From a virus, in the IMG/VR virus record IMGVR_UViG_3300033571_020726, positions 16,739 to 80,738 of that record: a stretch of 64,000 nucleotides of DNA; one strand, written 5' to 3'. Shown one piece after another: positions 32,401 through 42,734 of the stretch (the first letter of the stretch is position 1; every line of letters begins with the position of its first letter). A program made the translations under genes and the position numbers. Below the pieces are notes generated by a model, which did not search any database, was not told the DNA's origin, and saw nothing but the letters and a program-made list of their open reading frames with translations.

Positions 32401-34958
32401 ATCAAAGATTTGATGACATAAGAGATGATGATTCTTTTTGCTTTTCAACAGCTAGGTTTTATTATTTATTAACAAAAATTTTTGACATTGACATTAAAAC
32501 ATCGCAATTAATTATAAAACATGCAGGTTCTCAAAATATTAAAATAGACGAAAATACATTTATATATGATACATTAAAAAGTATAAGAGAAAATAATAAT
32601 TTTAGCGGAAATTTAAATATTATTAATAATTTTCCTGGATATAACACTTTTTTAGATTCTAATTTTAGTTCGACACAATTCACAACATTTGCAACAATAT
32701 ATAATATATTTGATATATTTAATATATATAACAAAAAAATATCCGAATTAATTTCAGGAATGTCTACATTCTCAAATAAAAGAGAATATGAATTTTTATT
32801 AACATCGCCTACAATAATAAATTATATAAAAAATTTAAATGCAGCGCAAGATAGATTTCCTGCTGATTATGCTAAAAATATTAAAAAGAAAATTATACCA
32901 GATTCATCATACACTTATTTAAAAATTAGAGATAAAAAAACATTGTCTAATGAATCTAATGAAAATTTTTATCAAAATTTAGAAAACGACAATAATTATA
33001 TTGATGATAAAATAGATGTTGTTATTACACCTGATATAAATAATTCTATTATTTTCGAAAATTTGGTTAATAGTTCATTTAAATTAAATGATAAATATAA
33101 AATATATGCAGATATAACTGATATTAATCAAATTAAAAAATCAACAGGATTAAATGAATATGATTCACATACTTATCCTAATAAATATTTAAATATACAA
33201 TTACTTCAGATCGCTAATCAAAATCATCCTTTACTATATAAAAAATATATTGATATTTCACAAAATTGGTATAATCACATATATCACGGTTTAATTATAA
33301 ATGACGTATCATTATCTTTAAGTTTTGATTTTTTAAATTTTTATTATAATCAATACCTAGATTCTATAAAAATATCATACGATATTTTAGTAAATAGTCG
33401 TAAAAGATTAATTAATAATTTAAATATTGAGTCTGTTAATAATTTTTTAAAAAACAAAATAGGAAATGAACATACAAAAAAAATATTAAATTTTAATAAA
33501 AATAATCAACTATTGCAAGATTCTTATGAAAAAGCTATAATAAAATATAAATCTTCAAAAAATATTATCGATTCAATATCAAATATTGGTTTAATTGATT
33601 CTTTTATGATTAATGAAAATGGCTTTTTAATAAGTAATTTATTTAAAAAAATAAATGATACAAATGATAATAAAGGAGATATTATTTATTCTTATTTAAA
33701 TGATTTTTATATTGATGCAAAACAAAAGAAAATACAAAATAATCCTTCACTTTTTAATCAAGAAATAAATCAATTATACAATACAATATCTAAGGATTAT
33801 ACTGTAAATAATCAAGCAAAAGAATTATTAGGTTCTCATATACTTAGTGTAGGTATTGATCATGATATAAAATTAAATAAAAACGATATTATTGTTATAC
33901 AAGTTGAATTAATTGATCATGATTTTCCTGAAATTGTTTGGGAACCTAAGATTTTTGAATATCATGCCTCATTTGATGATATAAGTAATGGATTCATTCA
34001 AAACTTAAATATTGATGATACTAATTTACCAATTAAAATAAAAAATAGATGGTCTATTAATAATACTTTGAAAGATAATTTAATTAAAAATATAAATTAT
34101 CAATATGATGATACTTTAAATTTAACTAACAATATATTTTCAAAAACTTATAATAATCAATCATTTTTAAATCCAATTGAGTATATCTCTAGAGACGAAA
34201 TTACAGATATAAACATATTGAAAGATAAAGTTTTTGATGATTTTATGAAAGTATTAGATACAGTAGAACTTAATAAAATTAATATTGAAATGTTAAACAG
34301 ATGTAAGCATAATCAAATTACTAATTTTAAATTAAAAAAAGTTTTAAAATTAATATCAGGTATTGATACTGATTTATTTACTAAAAATATAGATTTTAAT
34401 AAAAAGTTAATATTAAAAGATGTATACGATATTTTTGTGACAAATGCATTACTAAATAATACATTTGAAGATTATGAAATAAAATATACAGATTTTATTA
34501 AAGCGATAGATATTACGGAAAAAATTATAGATAATTATACTTTTTATACAGGCTCATTATCAAGTGAAAACAAAATAAATATTTTTATAAAATTTTTATC
34601 TGATTTTTCAAAAGCTGTAATTGAAGATTTTTGTTTTATGACAAATGGCGATGATTTATTTCAAAAAACGTATAATATAGCAATAAATCCAAAAGATTTT
34701 ATAATTTCAGGTTTTGAAGGTGAAATAAATATTACTCCTTCAAATCAAGATTTAGATTTTGAAAAAATACAGAAAGATAGATTAAATATTTTTTTAGATG
34801 AAATAGATACTGAACCTAATTTTGTTTTAAGAATGTTATCTAAATATACTATAAATCGTGATGATATAACTTATTTTAAGGTTAAATATAAAGACACTAA
34901 TAATGATTATATACCTAAAAATATATCTTATAGAATTACAACAAAAATTCTCAAATAG
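29418..34958 (+). CDS. Giant hypothetical protein, probably virion-associated
   Basis: 1846-aa intact ORF in the structural block; AGGA SD. Confidence 0.5.
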   Translation: MAIFESSLEKIRFINKLNNKDIKTNLIQITNYQNNIGDETFLDIKFELDVIHKGQFSYTKKFLNQNTSSPAFTNINSIRSIVNLFKTQNSKHEKIFNNIERIVSQVYADDKLFSISTARLNNIYTDFNQESKKYTFDLLANFILSYNNTTTISTTKSFAKDLFKDNVNNDNENLFALKTKFIENNLNLNSQNTNNQILFFLKNFLGFNFLNLDNNLKISNGNKPLSFMSINTIKNNIKNNAFDDMSINSLLYGFISNEELSTNKYNYSNLTNFPLIEDDITKEFIPFKYTKNFNLFNGSNILDFTKKYITILSNSSLKNENENEFISNSIESFKNIKNCIYSNNIKEDYNFIYTTKINENLKFESKANQNILAHTSLYKIFNPNTYGITSLLQKDRSDMLQCLNLIANNINSKRIILLKNAISTSPNFNNNLFSNLEEPTTNFKDKLTNALLFHNSINSEETGILNNTLSIFNYKKNNFFANILKNRNICNYIVKNFKKIYFKNTNIFNTFKRIFLYNKNKINELNNFESYFVSNLENNSIISNIPDAMNRFKIKSTIDVAEIREYNNYIIGDQNFESSKNLNEKLVNEYNENINFENIKDSMRREKEDISNIINEYYSDNFEIFKNTSTFFSSIKDICSQNISFLTSNDANADILDTASILWVFNENNTIYAQDEKNDFLNKLTKSLIKFNIIKRTNNNNLKNAFKTEINNIITSKNTNNNIMELFPFFIFTTEHYNNNEQKNYFKTESGFNSINNSDEHETRGLFSHFIYNENTPFNITKLNSINDFRKSKLNFNDSILKKINIAGCNLINNEKVMFIPELYINQNKNYEIKNNIFIILNTLPTVYSFTDYSYSIVLKELITKYSLSKTFNFVNNDVENNLFFNIISKFNILIEDFLLTRLNINTINSISELDSIIDSDNEILSIVENTLKIASDIYCDMSNSLQSYVNISNRVFQSNELNARINAAININNRNDLSIENNIYMQKVNSFISNQRFDDIRDDDSFCFSTARFYYLLTKIFDIDIKTSQLIIKHAGSQNIKIDENTFIYDTLKSIRENNNFSGNLNIINNFPGYNTFLDSNFSSTQFTTFATIYNIFDIFNIYNKKISELISGMSTFSNKREYEFLLTSPTIINYIKNLNAAQDRFPADYAKNIKKKIIPDSSYTYLKIRDKKTLSNESNENFYQNLENDNNYIDDKIDVVITPDINNSIIFENLVNSSFKLNDKYKIYADITDINQIKKSTGLNEYDSHTYPNKYLNIQLLQIANQNHPLLYKKYIDISQNWYNHIYHGLIINDVSLSLSFDFLNFYYNQYLDSIKISYDILVNSRKRLINNLNIESVNNFLKNKIGNEHTKKILNFNKNNQLLQDSYEKAIIKYKSSKNIIDSISNIGLIDSFMINENGFLISNLFKKINDTNDNKGDIIYSYLNDFYIDAKQKKIQNNPSLFNQEINQLYNTISKDYTVNNQAKELLGSHILSVGIDHDIKLNKNDIIVIQVELIDHDFPEIVWEPKIFEYHASFDDISNGFIQNLNIDDTNLPIKIKNRWSINNTLKDNLIKNINYQYDDTLNLTNNIFSKTYNNQSFLNPIEYISRDEITDINILKDKVFDDFMKVLDTVELNKINIEMLNRCKHNQITNFKLKKVLKLISGIDTDLFTKNIDFNKKLILKDVYDIFVTNALLNNTFEDYEIKYTDFIKAIDITEKIIDNYTFYTGSLSSENKINIFIKFLSDFSKAVIEDFCFMTNGDDLFQKTYNIAINPKDFIISGFEGEINITPSNQDLDFEKIQKDRLNIFLDEIDTEPNFVLRMLSKYTINRDDITYFKVKYKDTNNDYIPKNISYRITTKILK

Positions 34959-34969
34959 AAAGAAAAAAA

Positions 34970-36763
34970 ATGAGTAATAATGCAATTGATATTATAAATT
35001 ATGATATACCTAAATTTAATGTTGATGTAACTTTTAATTATTTAAAATATACAGATGCAGAAGATGATGGCGAAATATTTGATGAAAAATTAAATTTAAA
35101 ATATAATAATAAAGATATGAATTTATATAATGAGCTAAAAATAGATATATCGGAATTTATATCTAGATATGATTTTGATTCAAATATTACTTTTTTGAAA
35201 AAAATAGATCAAAATATTATTGATGATATTAAATATTTTGAAAATAAAAATTTAAATACATACAGTCAGAATACAGAAGGTATTACTGAGATTGATTATT
35301 TTAATTATAGCAATTCAAAAATTGACGATAAATTTGTATCAATTATCAATTATTTGTCAAAAAAAGATTTAAAAAATATATTAAACACATTTGATATTGA
35401 TAATCAACAATACAATTTAAATAAATCTAACTATAGAAATATAGTTGTTGGTAAAGATTATTTATATAGATTTTTTTTAAATAAAAATAATACTTTACAT
35501 AATATTGACTTTATTAATAATAACGTTTTATCAACATATAATAATATAACAGATCATATTTCATCTAGCGGTTATTCTGCTAAAGTTTTTAATATTAATA
35601 ATGATATAATTGAAAATAATATTATTGAGCAATTTAGTAATACTGTTATAACAGACACTAATAATATTGACATGCTTGATAAAATGAGTTTATTTGATAA
35701 ATTAAACTATTTTAAATTAACTAATATTACACAGTTTGAAGAATTAAAAGATAAAACTGGCGTTGCATTTGTTGGATTTTTAATAAAAAAAAATAAAAAA
35801 TCAAAATTAGGTGAAAGTAAATTAAACATTGCAAGTCAATTTATTTATTTAGATATTAATAATGATTTATATCAAAATGGAACTTTAAAAAATATTGTTT
35901 TATTTGATTGCGATTTAGAATATGCTAATACGTATTCTTATGAAATAAGTCCTGTTTTTTATTTAAGTTATTACAAACATAATATTTTAATAAATGATAT
36001 AAATATACCCAGTATAGTAAATAATTTAATATATTCAAATACTTTTAGAACTATAGAATCTGTTGCAATTGATTATTTTGCGCCTGAACCTCCTAATGCT
36101 TTACGTGTTAAGTTACATAAAGGTTCTATGTTTCCTTTATTATTTTGGGATCACCCTACAAATCCGCAAAACGATGTAATTGGATTTCAAATTTATAGAA
36201 GAGAAAATTTAAATCAGCCATTTCAACTAATAAAAGTTTATTTAAAAAGGCAAAAATCAGATTTCAAAAACTTTGATATGTTTTCAGATATTATTGATGA
36301 AAATTTAATTGAAACATCAAATTCAAATATAATGTCATCTGATTTATATCAATTTGTAGACAAAAATGTTGATATTATCAAAAACAATTATATTTATGCA
36401 ATTTGTTCGATTGATGCTCATGGAATTATATCAAATTATTCAACGCAGATAGGTGTTAGATACTCTAATATATATAACAATTTAATAATTGATCATGTAA
36501 GTATATCTAATGCCCCAAGAAGTTATCCTAATTTGTATATAGCAAGAAAAACTCAATTATTTAATAATGACGATTCTTTATTTGATTTTACACCTAATTT
36601 TGTTAATAAAGAAAAAATATCTATATACTTTACACCAGACTCTTATAGATTTAAAAACGGTAGTATTGTAGAAGAATCATTCAATATAAACAATCATTAT
36701 CAATTAAATATAATAAGATTAAATGATTTATCATCAAAAAATATTAAATTTAAACTAAAATAA
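34970..36763 (+). CDS. Virion protein with C-terminal fibronectin type III-like domain
   Basis: APEPPNALRV...LFWDHP...GFQIYRR...FVD...YIYAICSIDAHGIISNYS. Confidence 0.65.
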   Translation: MSNNAIDIINYDIPKFNVDVTFNYLKYTDAEDDGEIFDEKLNLKYNNKDMNLYNELKIDISEFISRYDFDSNITFLKKIDQNIIDDIKYFENKNLNTYSQNTEGITEIDYFNYSNSKIDDKFVSIINYLSKKDLKNILNTFDIDNQQYNLNKSNYRNIVVGKDYLYRFFLNKNNTLHNIDFINNNVLSTYNNITDHISSSGYSAKVFNINNDIIENNIIEQFSNTVITDTNNIDMLDKMSLFDKLNYFKLTNITQFEELKDKTGVAFVGFLIKKNKKSKLGESKLNIASQFIYLDINNDLYQNGTLKNIVLFDCDLEYANTYSYEISPVFYLSYYKHNILINDINIPSIVNNLIYSNTFRTIESVAIDYFAPEPPNALRVKLHKGSMFPLLFWDHPTNPQNDVIGFQIYRRENLNQPFQLIKVYLKRQKSDFKNFDMFSDIIDENLIETSNSNIMSSDLYQFVDKNVDIIKNNYIYAICSIDAHGIISNYSTQIGVRYSNIYNNLIIDHVSISNAPRSYPNLYIARKTQLFNNDDSLFDFTPNFVNKEKISIYFTPDSYRFKNGSIVEESFNINNHYQLNIIRLNDLSSKNIKFKLK

Positions 36764-36815
36764 TATTAAAAATATAATACAATATAATTAAAATAAAACA
36801 AAGGATTTGTTGAAT

Positions 36816-37631
36816 ATGGGATTTTTAGATCATACAACTAATAGCATTATTATAGATGCAGTATTAACTGAGCGTGGTCGTGAATTATTGGCTCGAAATG
36901 ATGGATCATTTAAAATTGATTCTTTTGCATTTGGTGATGACGAAATAGACTATACAAATATTTTAAAATATGGTACAGATATGGGTAAAGAAAAAATAGA
37001 AAAAAATACACCTATTTTTGAAGCTCAAACAAATGAAAATATTGCAATAAAATATAATAATATAACTTTATCAAGTTCTGTGACTAGACTATTATATATT
37101 CCAGTATTATATGTTGATACAAATACAATGTCTGTTTTGGAAAGTAACCCAACTAAACCTGCAAATATACAACTTGATTCATCATCAACAACGACAAACA
37201 AAAAAACAATTACACTTTTTTCAACATTACCAGCAGTATCAGGACAAACATCAATCGATAATAATTTAATAGATACTATATTTGAAGTGAGATTCAATTC
37301 TTTATTATTAGGATTATATAATTCAAATGGAGATGAAAATATAACTGATTTTATCGACAAAGACGAAAATTTAATATCAACATATTCTTTAAGTAGAAAT
37401 GCAGTTGTTGCAGATGCAATAAGCGATTCATGGCAATCATTTGCATTAAAAGGCAGAAGAAAAATTAGTTTTGATATAGGTATTAGTAAGCAATTTGAAA
37501 GTAGTTTTTTTGAAAAATTTGGAGTAATTAATTCTTCAGGTAATTCAACAGGGTCAATTAATACATTTCTTGAAATTGTAGGGACAGCATCAGGTTCAAG
37601 AATGATTATTCCATTTACAATTATATTATAA
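36816..37631 (+). CDS. Tail/baseplate structural protein (start moved from TTG 36807 to ATG 36816)
   Basis: AAGGA at 36801-36805 is 1 nt from the TTG but 10 nt from the ATG; DAVLTERGRELLA...FAFGDDEIDY resembles the start of tail-collar (DUF3751-type) domains. Confidence 0.6.
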   Translation: MGFLDHTTNSIIIDAVLTERGRELLARNDGSFKIDSFAFGDDEIDYTNILKYGTDMGKEKIEKNTPIFEAQTNENIAIKYNNITLSSSVTRLLYIPVLYVDTNTMSVLESNPTKPANIQLDSSSTTTNKKTITLFSTLPAVSGQTSIDNNLIDTIFEVRFNSLLLGLYNSNGDENITDFIDKDENLISTYSLSRNAVVADAISDSWQSFALKGRRKISFDIGISKQFESSFFEKFGVINSSGNSTGSINTFLEIVGTASGSRMIIPFTIIL

Positions 37632-37641
37632 GAGAGAAAAT

Positions 37642-39048
37642 ATGCCAGCATCAAGATTAAAAAGTTTAGGAATAAATGATAGATTAACTGAAAACAAATC
37701 ACGATTAAATCAATTAATTGATATTATTTCAGCAGATGTATCACAATCAGCTAATAGAAGAACATATCCTGCATTTGTTACAGGTAATACATATCCTATA
37801 ACAAGTTCATTATTTAATACAATTTATGATCAGGATCACACTTTACAAAGTTCAAATGCATTATTTGATATGACATTTGGATTATACGCTAAAACAGTAA
37901 CAGCAACAGTAAATAATGTCACAACAAAAACGATTGATGGTTCATCTATTATTACATCATTAAATGATAGATCTGTCGATTCTTCTGGTTTTTATTATTT
38001 TAATCCATTAACATCAACAATGATTCGTGAAAAAATAAATGTTTATAAACAATATGCACAATCTTTATTAGGAAATGCAAATGAAGTATTTAAATCTTCA
38101 TATCAAGCGCCTTCAAATGAAGTGACAGAAATAAAAGAAGCTTTATTTTTAAACTTCAAACGTTTATTTAAAAGAGACAATATTGCAAGAGGAACATTTG
38201 GTTTAACATTATATAATAGATTAGGTAATTTTTCAACAATAACAACATCAGAATATACAGCAGTTGATAGTTTAAAGAAAAAACAAACATTATTTACTTC
38301 ACCAAATCAAGTATTTAATTCAACAACATATACAGGCAAATCAGCATTACAACAAGGTGATGCATCGTCAGATGGATTTGTAACAATAATTGATACAAAT
38401 GCTTCAAATGTTTATTCAGTTTTACCTACATCTGGAGAGGTTGCAACATTAAAAATGTTTAAAGATGATCCTTCTACTAGCATTGATGTAGGTTTAATTT
38501 TTTATGATGCAGGCATTGTAGTATTAGATGTTGCCAAAATATTTAAACTGTCTGAACAAGTAAAAGGCGTTATTTCTTTTGCTGATGCACTTGCAACATC
38601 AACATCATTTTCAGGATTTTCAGGTGATACATCATTATCAGGTGTTGCTATACTTAATGGAGAAAAAGCTTTAAATAATGATGATACACTTTTGAAATTT
38701 TTACAATTAGCTACTATAGATGATATTGTAAAACATTTTTGTGAAGCAAGATTTGCAGATAGTAGCAATACTTGTTTAACATTTCAAAATGAAACAATTA
38801 TTAATTCAACTATTTTTTTCTGTAATGCAGCACCAAGTGAATTTAATTATAGCACAAATCCAACATATATTGATGAATATGGTAAAATAAATGTTGTTAA
38901 AGATGAAACATCACAACCATTTTCATATATCACAACTGTCGGTTTGTATGATGCTGCAGGTAATTTATTGGCTGTCGCAAAATTAAGTCGTCCAATTGAA
39001 AAAAATCCTAATAATAATTTAACAATTAGGGTAAGATTAGATTATTAA
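37642..39048 (+). CDS. Tail/baseplate structural protein
   Basis: C-terminal YITTVGLYDAAGNLLAVAKLSRPIEK...IRVRLDY. Confidence 0.65.
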   Translation: MPASRLKSLGINDRLTENKSRLNQLIDIISADVSQSANRRTYPAFVTGNTYPITSSLFNTIYDQDHTLQSSNALFDMTFGLYAKTVTATVNNVTTKTIDGSSIITSLNDRSVDSSGFYYFNPLTSTMIREKINVYKQYAQSLLGNANEVFKSSYQAPSNEVTEIKEALFLNFKRLFKRDNIARGTFGLTLYNRLGNFSTITTSEYTAVDSLKKKQTLFTSPNQVFNSTTYTGKSALQQGDASSDGFVTIIDTNASNVYSVLPTSGEVATLKMFKDDPSTSIDVGLIFYDAGIVVLDVAKIFKLSEQVKGVISFADALATSTSFSGFSGDTSLSGVAILNGEKALNNDDTLLKFLQLATIDDIVKHFCEARFADSSNTCLTFQNETIINSTIFFCNAAPSEFNYSTNPTYIDEYGKINVVKDETSQPFSYITTVGLYDAAGNLLAVAKLSRPIEKNPNNNLTIRVRLDY

Positions 39049-39108
39049 AATATTTAAATTAATTGTTTTTTTTTATATGATAAATAATATAATAAAAAAG
39101 GTTTATTA

Positions 39109-42096
39109 ATGAGTATTATCAATTTATTGGATCAAAATAAAAATTTTGAAGAAACAAAGATATTATCAAATAGAATATTTAAAAAAAAAGAAATATATAC
39201 AACAGATTTAAATAATAACTATAATAATGAAAATATTGAAGGTTTTATTCTAAATAATTATCCTGATACTTATTCAACATCTTATGGATTATTATCACTT
39301 TTTTCATATAATACTAACGTTTTAAAAGAAATCAATGGTAATACTAGACAAAGAAAAAGCGATATTACAACAAAAAATTTTTATGTAGATCAAATACGTA
39401 ATACATCAGTTTTTAATAATCAAAATGTAAGTATAAGAAATTATTTACAAAAAGTCAGACCTGATAAAATTGAATCTATCACTAATGATGTTGAAATGTT
39501 GGAAATTGAATCTAACTATTTTTCAATTAAAAGATTATCGCAGGAATTAAATCCATTTAGTAATATAGTAACAAAAAAAAATATTATAAAAAATTTATAT
39601 AAATCAAATAATAATATGAAAGATTCTAAATTTAATCAAAAATTTAATTATTCTTTTTATAATTATAACTGTTTGAATTTTTTTAATATTTTACCTAGTG
39701 AACAAATGTCGCAAGTTGTAAAAGATGAATTTATAAACAACTCTCATAAAAATATATTGCTTTATTCAAATTCTTTATTAGATAATCAAGAAAGTGGAAT
39801 AACTTCTAAAAATATAGGTTTATCGGATCATAAATTAAGCATTAATTTTTGGATTAATCCTAAAAGAACGTCATTAGTTAATAAAAAATATAATCCTGGT
39901 TGCATATTACATATACCAAATATCATATCTGTATATTTAGTTTCTGATAATGTTAGTTATGATTCTTTAGATAGACCTACTGCTTTTAAAATATTATGTC
40001 ATTTAGGTGAAAAATCAAATATATTACCATTAAGTAATGAAATTACAACTCAGTATAAAATAATTACTGATAATGTTTTAAATTTAAACACATGGTATAA
40101 TATTTCTATTATTATTTCAAGACAAGATGTACTTTTATATATTGATTCAATTAATAATATGACATCATGGAAAAAAAACAATCAAACAATTGATTTGACT
40201 TCTTTAAATTTTGAAAATACAAATTCAATATTTACTATTGGAAATAGATTATCAAATCAAAGTGAAATATGGCAAAAAGCAAATGAAAATAAATTAAAAA
40301 ATTCTTTTTTTAATGATAATACATACCTTGAAAACAATTTGAATATTGACGAAATAAATGAAATAAATAATGTAAGATTTGTTGATTCAATGTTGGATAT
40401 GAATACAAAAATATTGAGTAATAATGAAAATAATATTGATATTCAGTCACAAGCATTAAATGCAGAGTTAAATAATATAATGATATTTAATGATGATATA
40501 TCATTTCAGGATTTATTTGATTATGCATCTGGTAATAAAAATCTAGATTTAAGTAATAGATCATTATCTTTTTGGTTACCATGTATATATTTACCTGAAC
40601 TTGTTAGAAGAAAAGGATATATTACATTAGGTATGAAGGATAATATATCTTATCGTTCATGCGTGAATCCTTATTTTTCACATAAAATTTATGGACATGA
40701 ATTATCAATTGAACACTTTGTAAGAGATCTTGCATTTTTTAGATTACCTTTAATAAAAGGAATGAATGGAAAAGAATACGAAGATTGTTTAACAAATAAT
40801 TTTTATAATTCTTCAAATAACAGTATTATAGCAGAAAAGAAGAAATTAATAACTGATTTTTATAGAAATCATAAAACACCTACACAAATATTAAATAAAA
40901 TAATGACAACAGATATTTGTAAAGTAGATAGTTGCTTTACAGATTATCAATTTGATAATTTAATTTATCGTAATAATTTTATTTTTCCTTGTGATAATGG
41001 AAAATCAAAAATAGATTATAATAATATTCAAAAATATGATAAAATAAAAAATGTTTTATTATCAGAATCTTCTATCTCACATTACTTTTTAAATAAAAAT
41101 TTTAATTATATAAATTTACAGAATAGTCTTTATTTAAACAAAAATGAATATTCATATGATAATCCTACAGATTTTTTTAATAAAGATTACGTTTATAATA
41201 AATTAATAAATAATACAAATAATTTATTTACAAACAAACCAAATAAAAATGAATACTTATCAAAAGTTTTTATTGACAAATTATCAAGTAATAATATACA
41301 AACGAAAGTATATAATAATTTGTCAGGTATTAAATTACTTACACAAACGAATATAAATAATTTTTGGGGTCCTATAAAAAATAGTTTTAATAGTGAAAAA
41401 TATTTAAGTATAAATCATATTTTCAAAAATATTGATGGAAAATATACACCGTCTAATCCTGAAATTATTATTTCAAATAAAAGTATTAATAATCAATCAG
41501 TAGTATATAGAAAATTTTTTAATTCATATTATTCAATAGAAGGTGAAGTAGGTGAGACATATTCAACTATTTTTGATATTTCAAATTTATTTTATTCTTC
41601 AAAAATTCATCCTAAAAGTATTGAGATAAATGATTTTGATTTAAATGGTACAGGTGCTGCATTATCAATGAAGATAAAAGATAATGGTATGGGTTTATTA
41701 TATAGGGCAGATTGTAATGGAGAACATGCAAAATGGGCGTATGTAGGACATGCGTTTTATTCTGATGGGTTATGTAATATTTTATATCCTGGAATTGCTA
41801 ATTTTGGTGAAAATAATTTTTCATTTTCATTAAAAGGGCAACATTCAATGTATACAATGGAATTAAATATACCAGTAGAAAAAGGTGGTTTTAATATCTC
41901 ATCAAACAACACATATATTAAAGATTTAAAACCATCAAATAATTTATCAGATTTGGAAGAAGATCAATTTGTATATATTTCAGGAGTCAATTTACATGAT
42001 GAAAATTTAAATATAGTGGCAAAAGCTAATTTTGCGCAACCTATAGTTAAAAGATTAAATGATAGATATAATATCAGATTAAAGATGGATTTTTAA
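39109..42096 (+). CDS. Large tail/baseplate protein with LamG-like region; C-terminus paralogous to 37642-39048
   Basis: SINFWINP...NTWYNISI...LYID; C-terminal YISGVNLHDENLNIVAKANFAQPIVK...IRLKMDF. Confidence 0.6.
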   Translation: MSIINLLDQNKNFEETKILSNRIFKKKEIYTTDLNNNYNNENIEGFILNNYPDTYSTSYGLLSLFSYNTNVLKEINGNTRQRKSDITTKNFYVDQIRNTSVFNNQNVSIRNYLQKVRPDKIESITNDVEMLEIESNYFSIKRLSQELNPFSNIVTKKNIIKNLYKSNNNMKDSKFNQKFNYSFYNYNCLNFFNILPSEQMSQVVKDEFINNSHKNILLYSNSLLDNQESGITSKNIGLSDHKLSINFWINPKRTSLVNKKYNPGCILHIPNIISVYLVSDNVSYDSLDRPTAFKILCHLGEKSNILPLSNEITTQYKIITDNVLNLNTWYNISIIISRQDVLLYIDSINNMTSWKKNNQTIDLTSLNFENTNSIFTIGNRLSNQSEIWQKANENKLKNSFFNDNTYLENNLNIDEINEINNVRFVDSMLDMNTKILSNNENNIDIQSQALNAELNNIMIFNDDISFQDLFDYASGNKNLDLSNRSLSFWLPCIYLPELVRRKGYITLGMKDNISYRSCVNPYFSHKIYGHELSIEHFVRDLAFFRLPLIKGMNGKEYEDCLTNNFYNSSNNSIIAEKKKLITDFYRNHKTPTQILNKIMTTDICKVDSCFTDYQFDNLIYRNNFIFPCDNGKSKIDYNNIQKYDKIKNVLLSESSISHYFLNKNFNYINLQNSLYLNKNEYSYDNPTDFFNKDYVYNKLINNTNNLFTNKPNKNEYLSKVFIDKLSSNNIQTKVYNNLSGIKLLTQTNINNFWGPIKNSFNSEKYLSINHIFKNIDGKYTPSNPEIIISNKSINNQSVVYRKFFNSYYSIEGEVGETYSTIFDISNLFYSSKIHPKSIEINDFDLNGTGAALSMKIKDNGMGLLYRADCNGEHAKWAYVGHAFYSDGLCNILYPGIANFGENNFSFSLKGQHSMYTMELNIPVEKGGFNISSNNTYIKDLKPSNNLSDLEEDQFVYISGVNLHDENLNIVAKANFAQPIVKRLNDRYNIRLKMDF

Positions 42097-42106
42097 TAAA
42101 AAATAA

Positions 42107-42137
42107 ATGTAAAATTATAGTTTATAAATTATAATTT
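42107..42137 (+). promoter_or_regulatory. Putative sigma70-type promoter overlapped by a 26-bp near-perfect palindrome
   Basis: ATGTAA-N17-TATAAT; AAATTATAGTTTA|TAAATTATAATTT (42112-42137) has one mismatch. Confidence 0.45.
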
Positions 42138-42158
42138 AATTAAAAATGGTTTTAAATT

Positions 42159-42734
42159 ATGATTCTAGGATTAGATATATCATCAAGTATAATAGGGATT
42201 TCTTTATTTGAAGACAACGGTATTTTGTATAAATTAGATTATATAGATTTACGTAAAATCGATAGCTTTTTTAAAAAAGCAGATTATGTTAGAGATAAAT
42301 TTAAAAAAATATTTGAATCTTTAGATGATAAAATTAATTTAATTTCCATTGAAGAGTGTGCTCAATCATTTCGAAAAGGTTTTTCTTCTGCACAAACATT
42401 ATCTACTTTAGCAAGATTTAATGGAGTTGTATCTCAGATCGCTTATGAGACATTCAAAGTCGAACCGTTATATTACAATGTCGTTTCATCACGCAAATCA
42501 TTGGGTATAAAACTGGATAAGTCTGGTGATATTGATACTAAGGAACAAATTGTTGCCTGGGTTTCTTTAAATGAAGTTGATTTTAAATGGCCAAAAAGAA
42601 GATTAACAAAAGGTAAAAATGTTGGAACAGAAATTTATGAACAATATTGTTATGACATGGCAGATGCCTATGTTATTGGAAAAATAGCAGTAAAACAACA
42701 TGCAAAAAACAATATCACTCAATCAAAAAATTGA
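42159..42734 (+). CDS. ruvC: RuvC-like Holliday junction resolvase
   Basis: ILGLDISSSIIG, ISIEE, YDMADAY acidic RNase H-fold motifs. Confidence 0.8.
   Translation: MILGLDISSSIIGISLFEDNGILYKLDYIDLRKIDSFFKKADYVRDKFKKIFESLDDKINLISIEECAQSFRKGFSSAQTLSTLARFNGVVSQIAYETFKVEPLYYNVVSSRKSLGIKLDKSGDIDTKEQIVAWVSLNEVDFKWPKRRLTKGKNVGTEIYEQYCYDMADAYVIGKIAVKQHAKNNITQSKN

Noticed and set aside
34956-34973. Stop-codon reassignment or read-through (TAG at 34956; TGA at 2399)
   Set aside because: Conserved genes are intact in the standard code; TAG read-through hits TGA after four codons and is out of frame with the next gene; TGA 2399 is followed at once by TAA.
37025-37702. 225-aa antisense ORF and the other short minus-strand or alternate-frame ORFs in the track
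   Set aside because: All lie within well-supported + strand genes, have no motifs or RBS, and are the expected shadows of biased codon usage.
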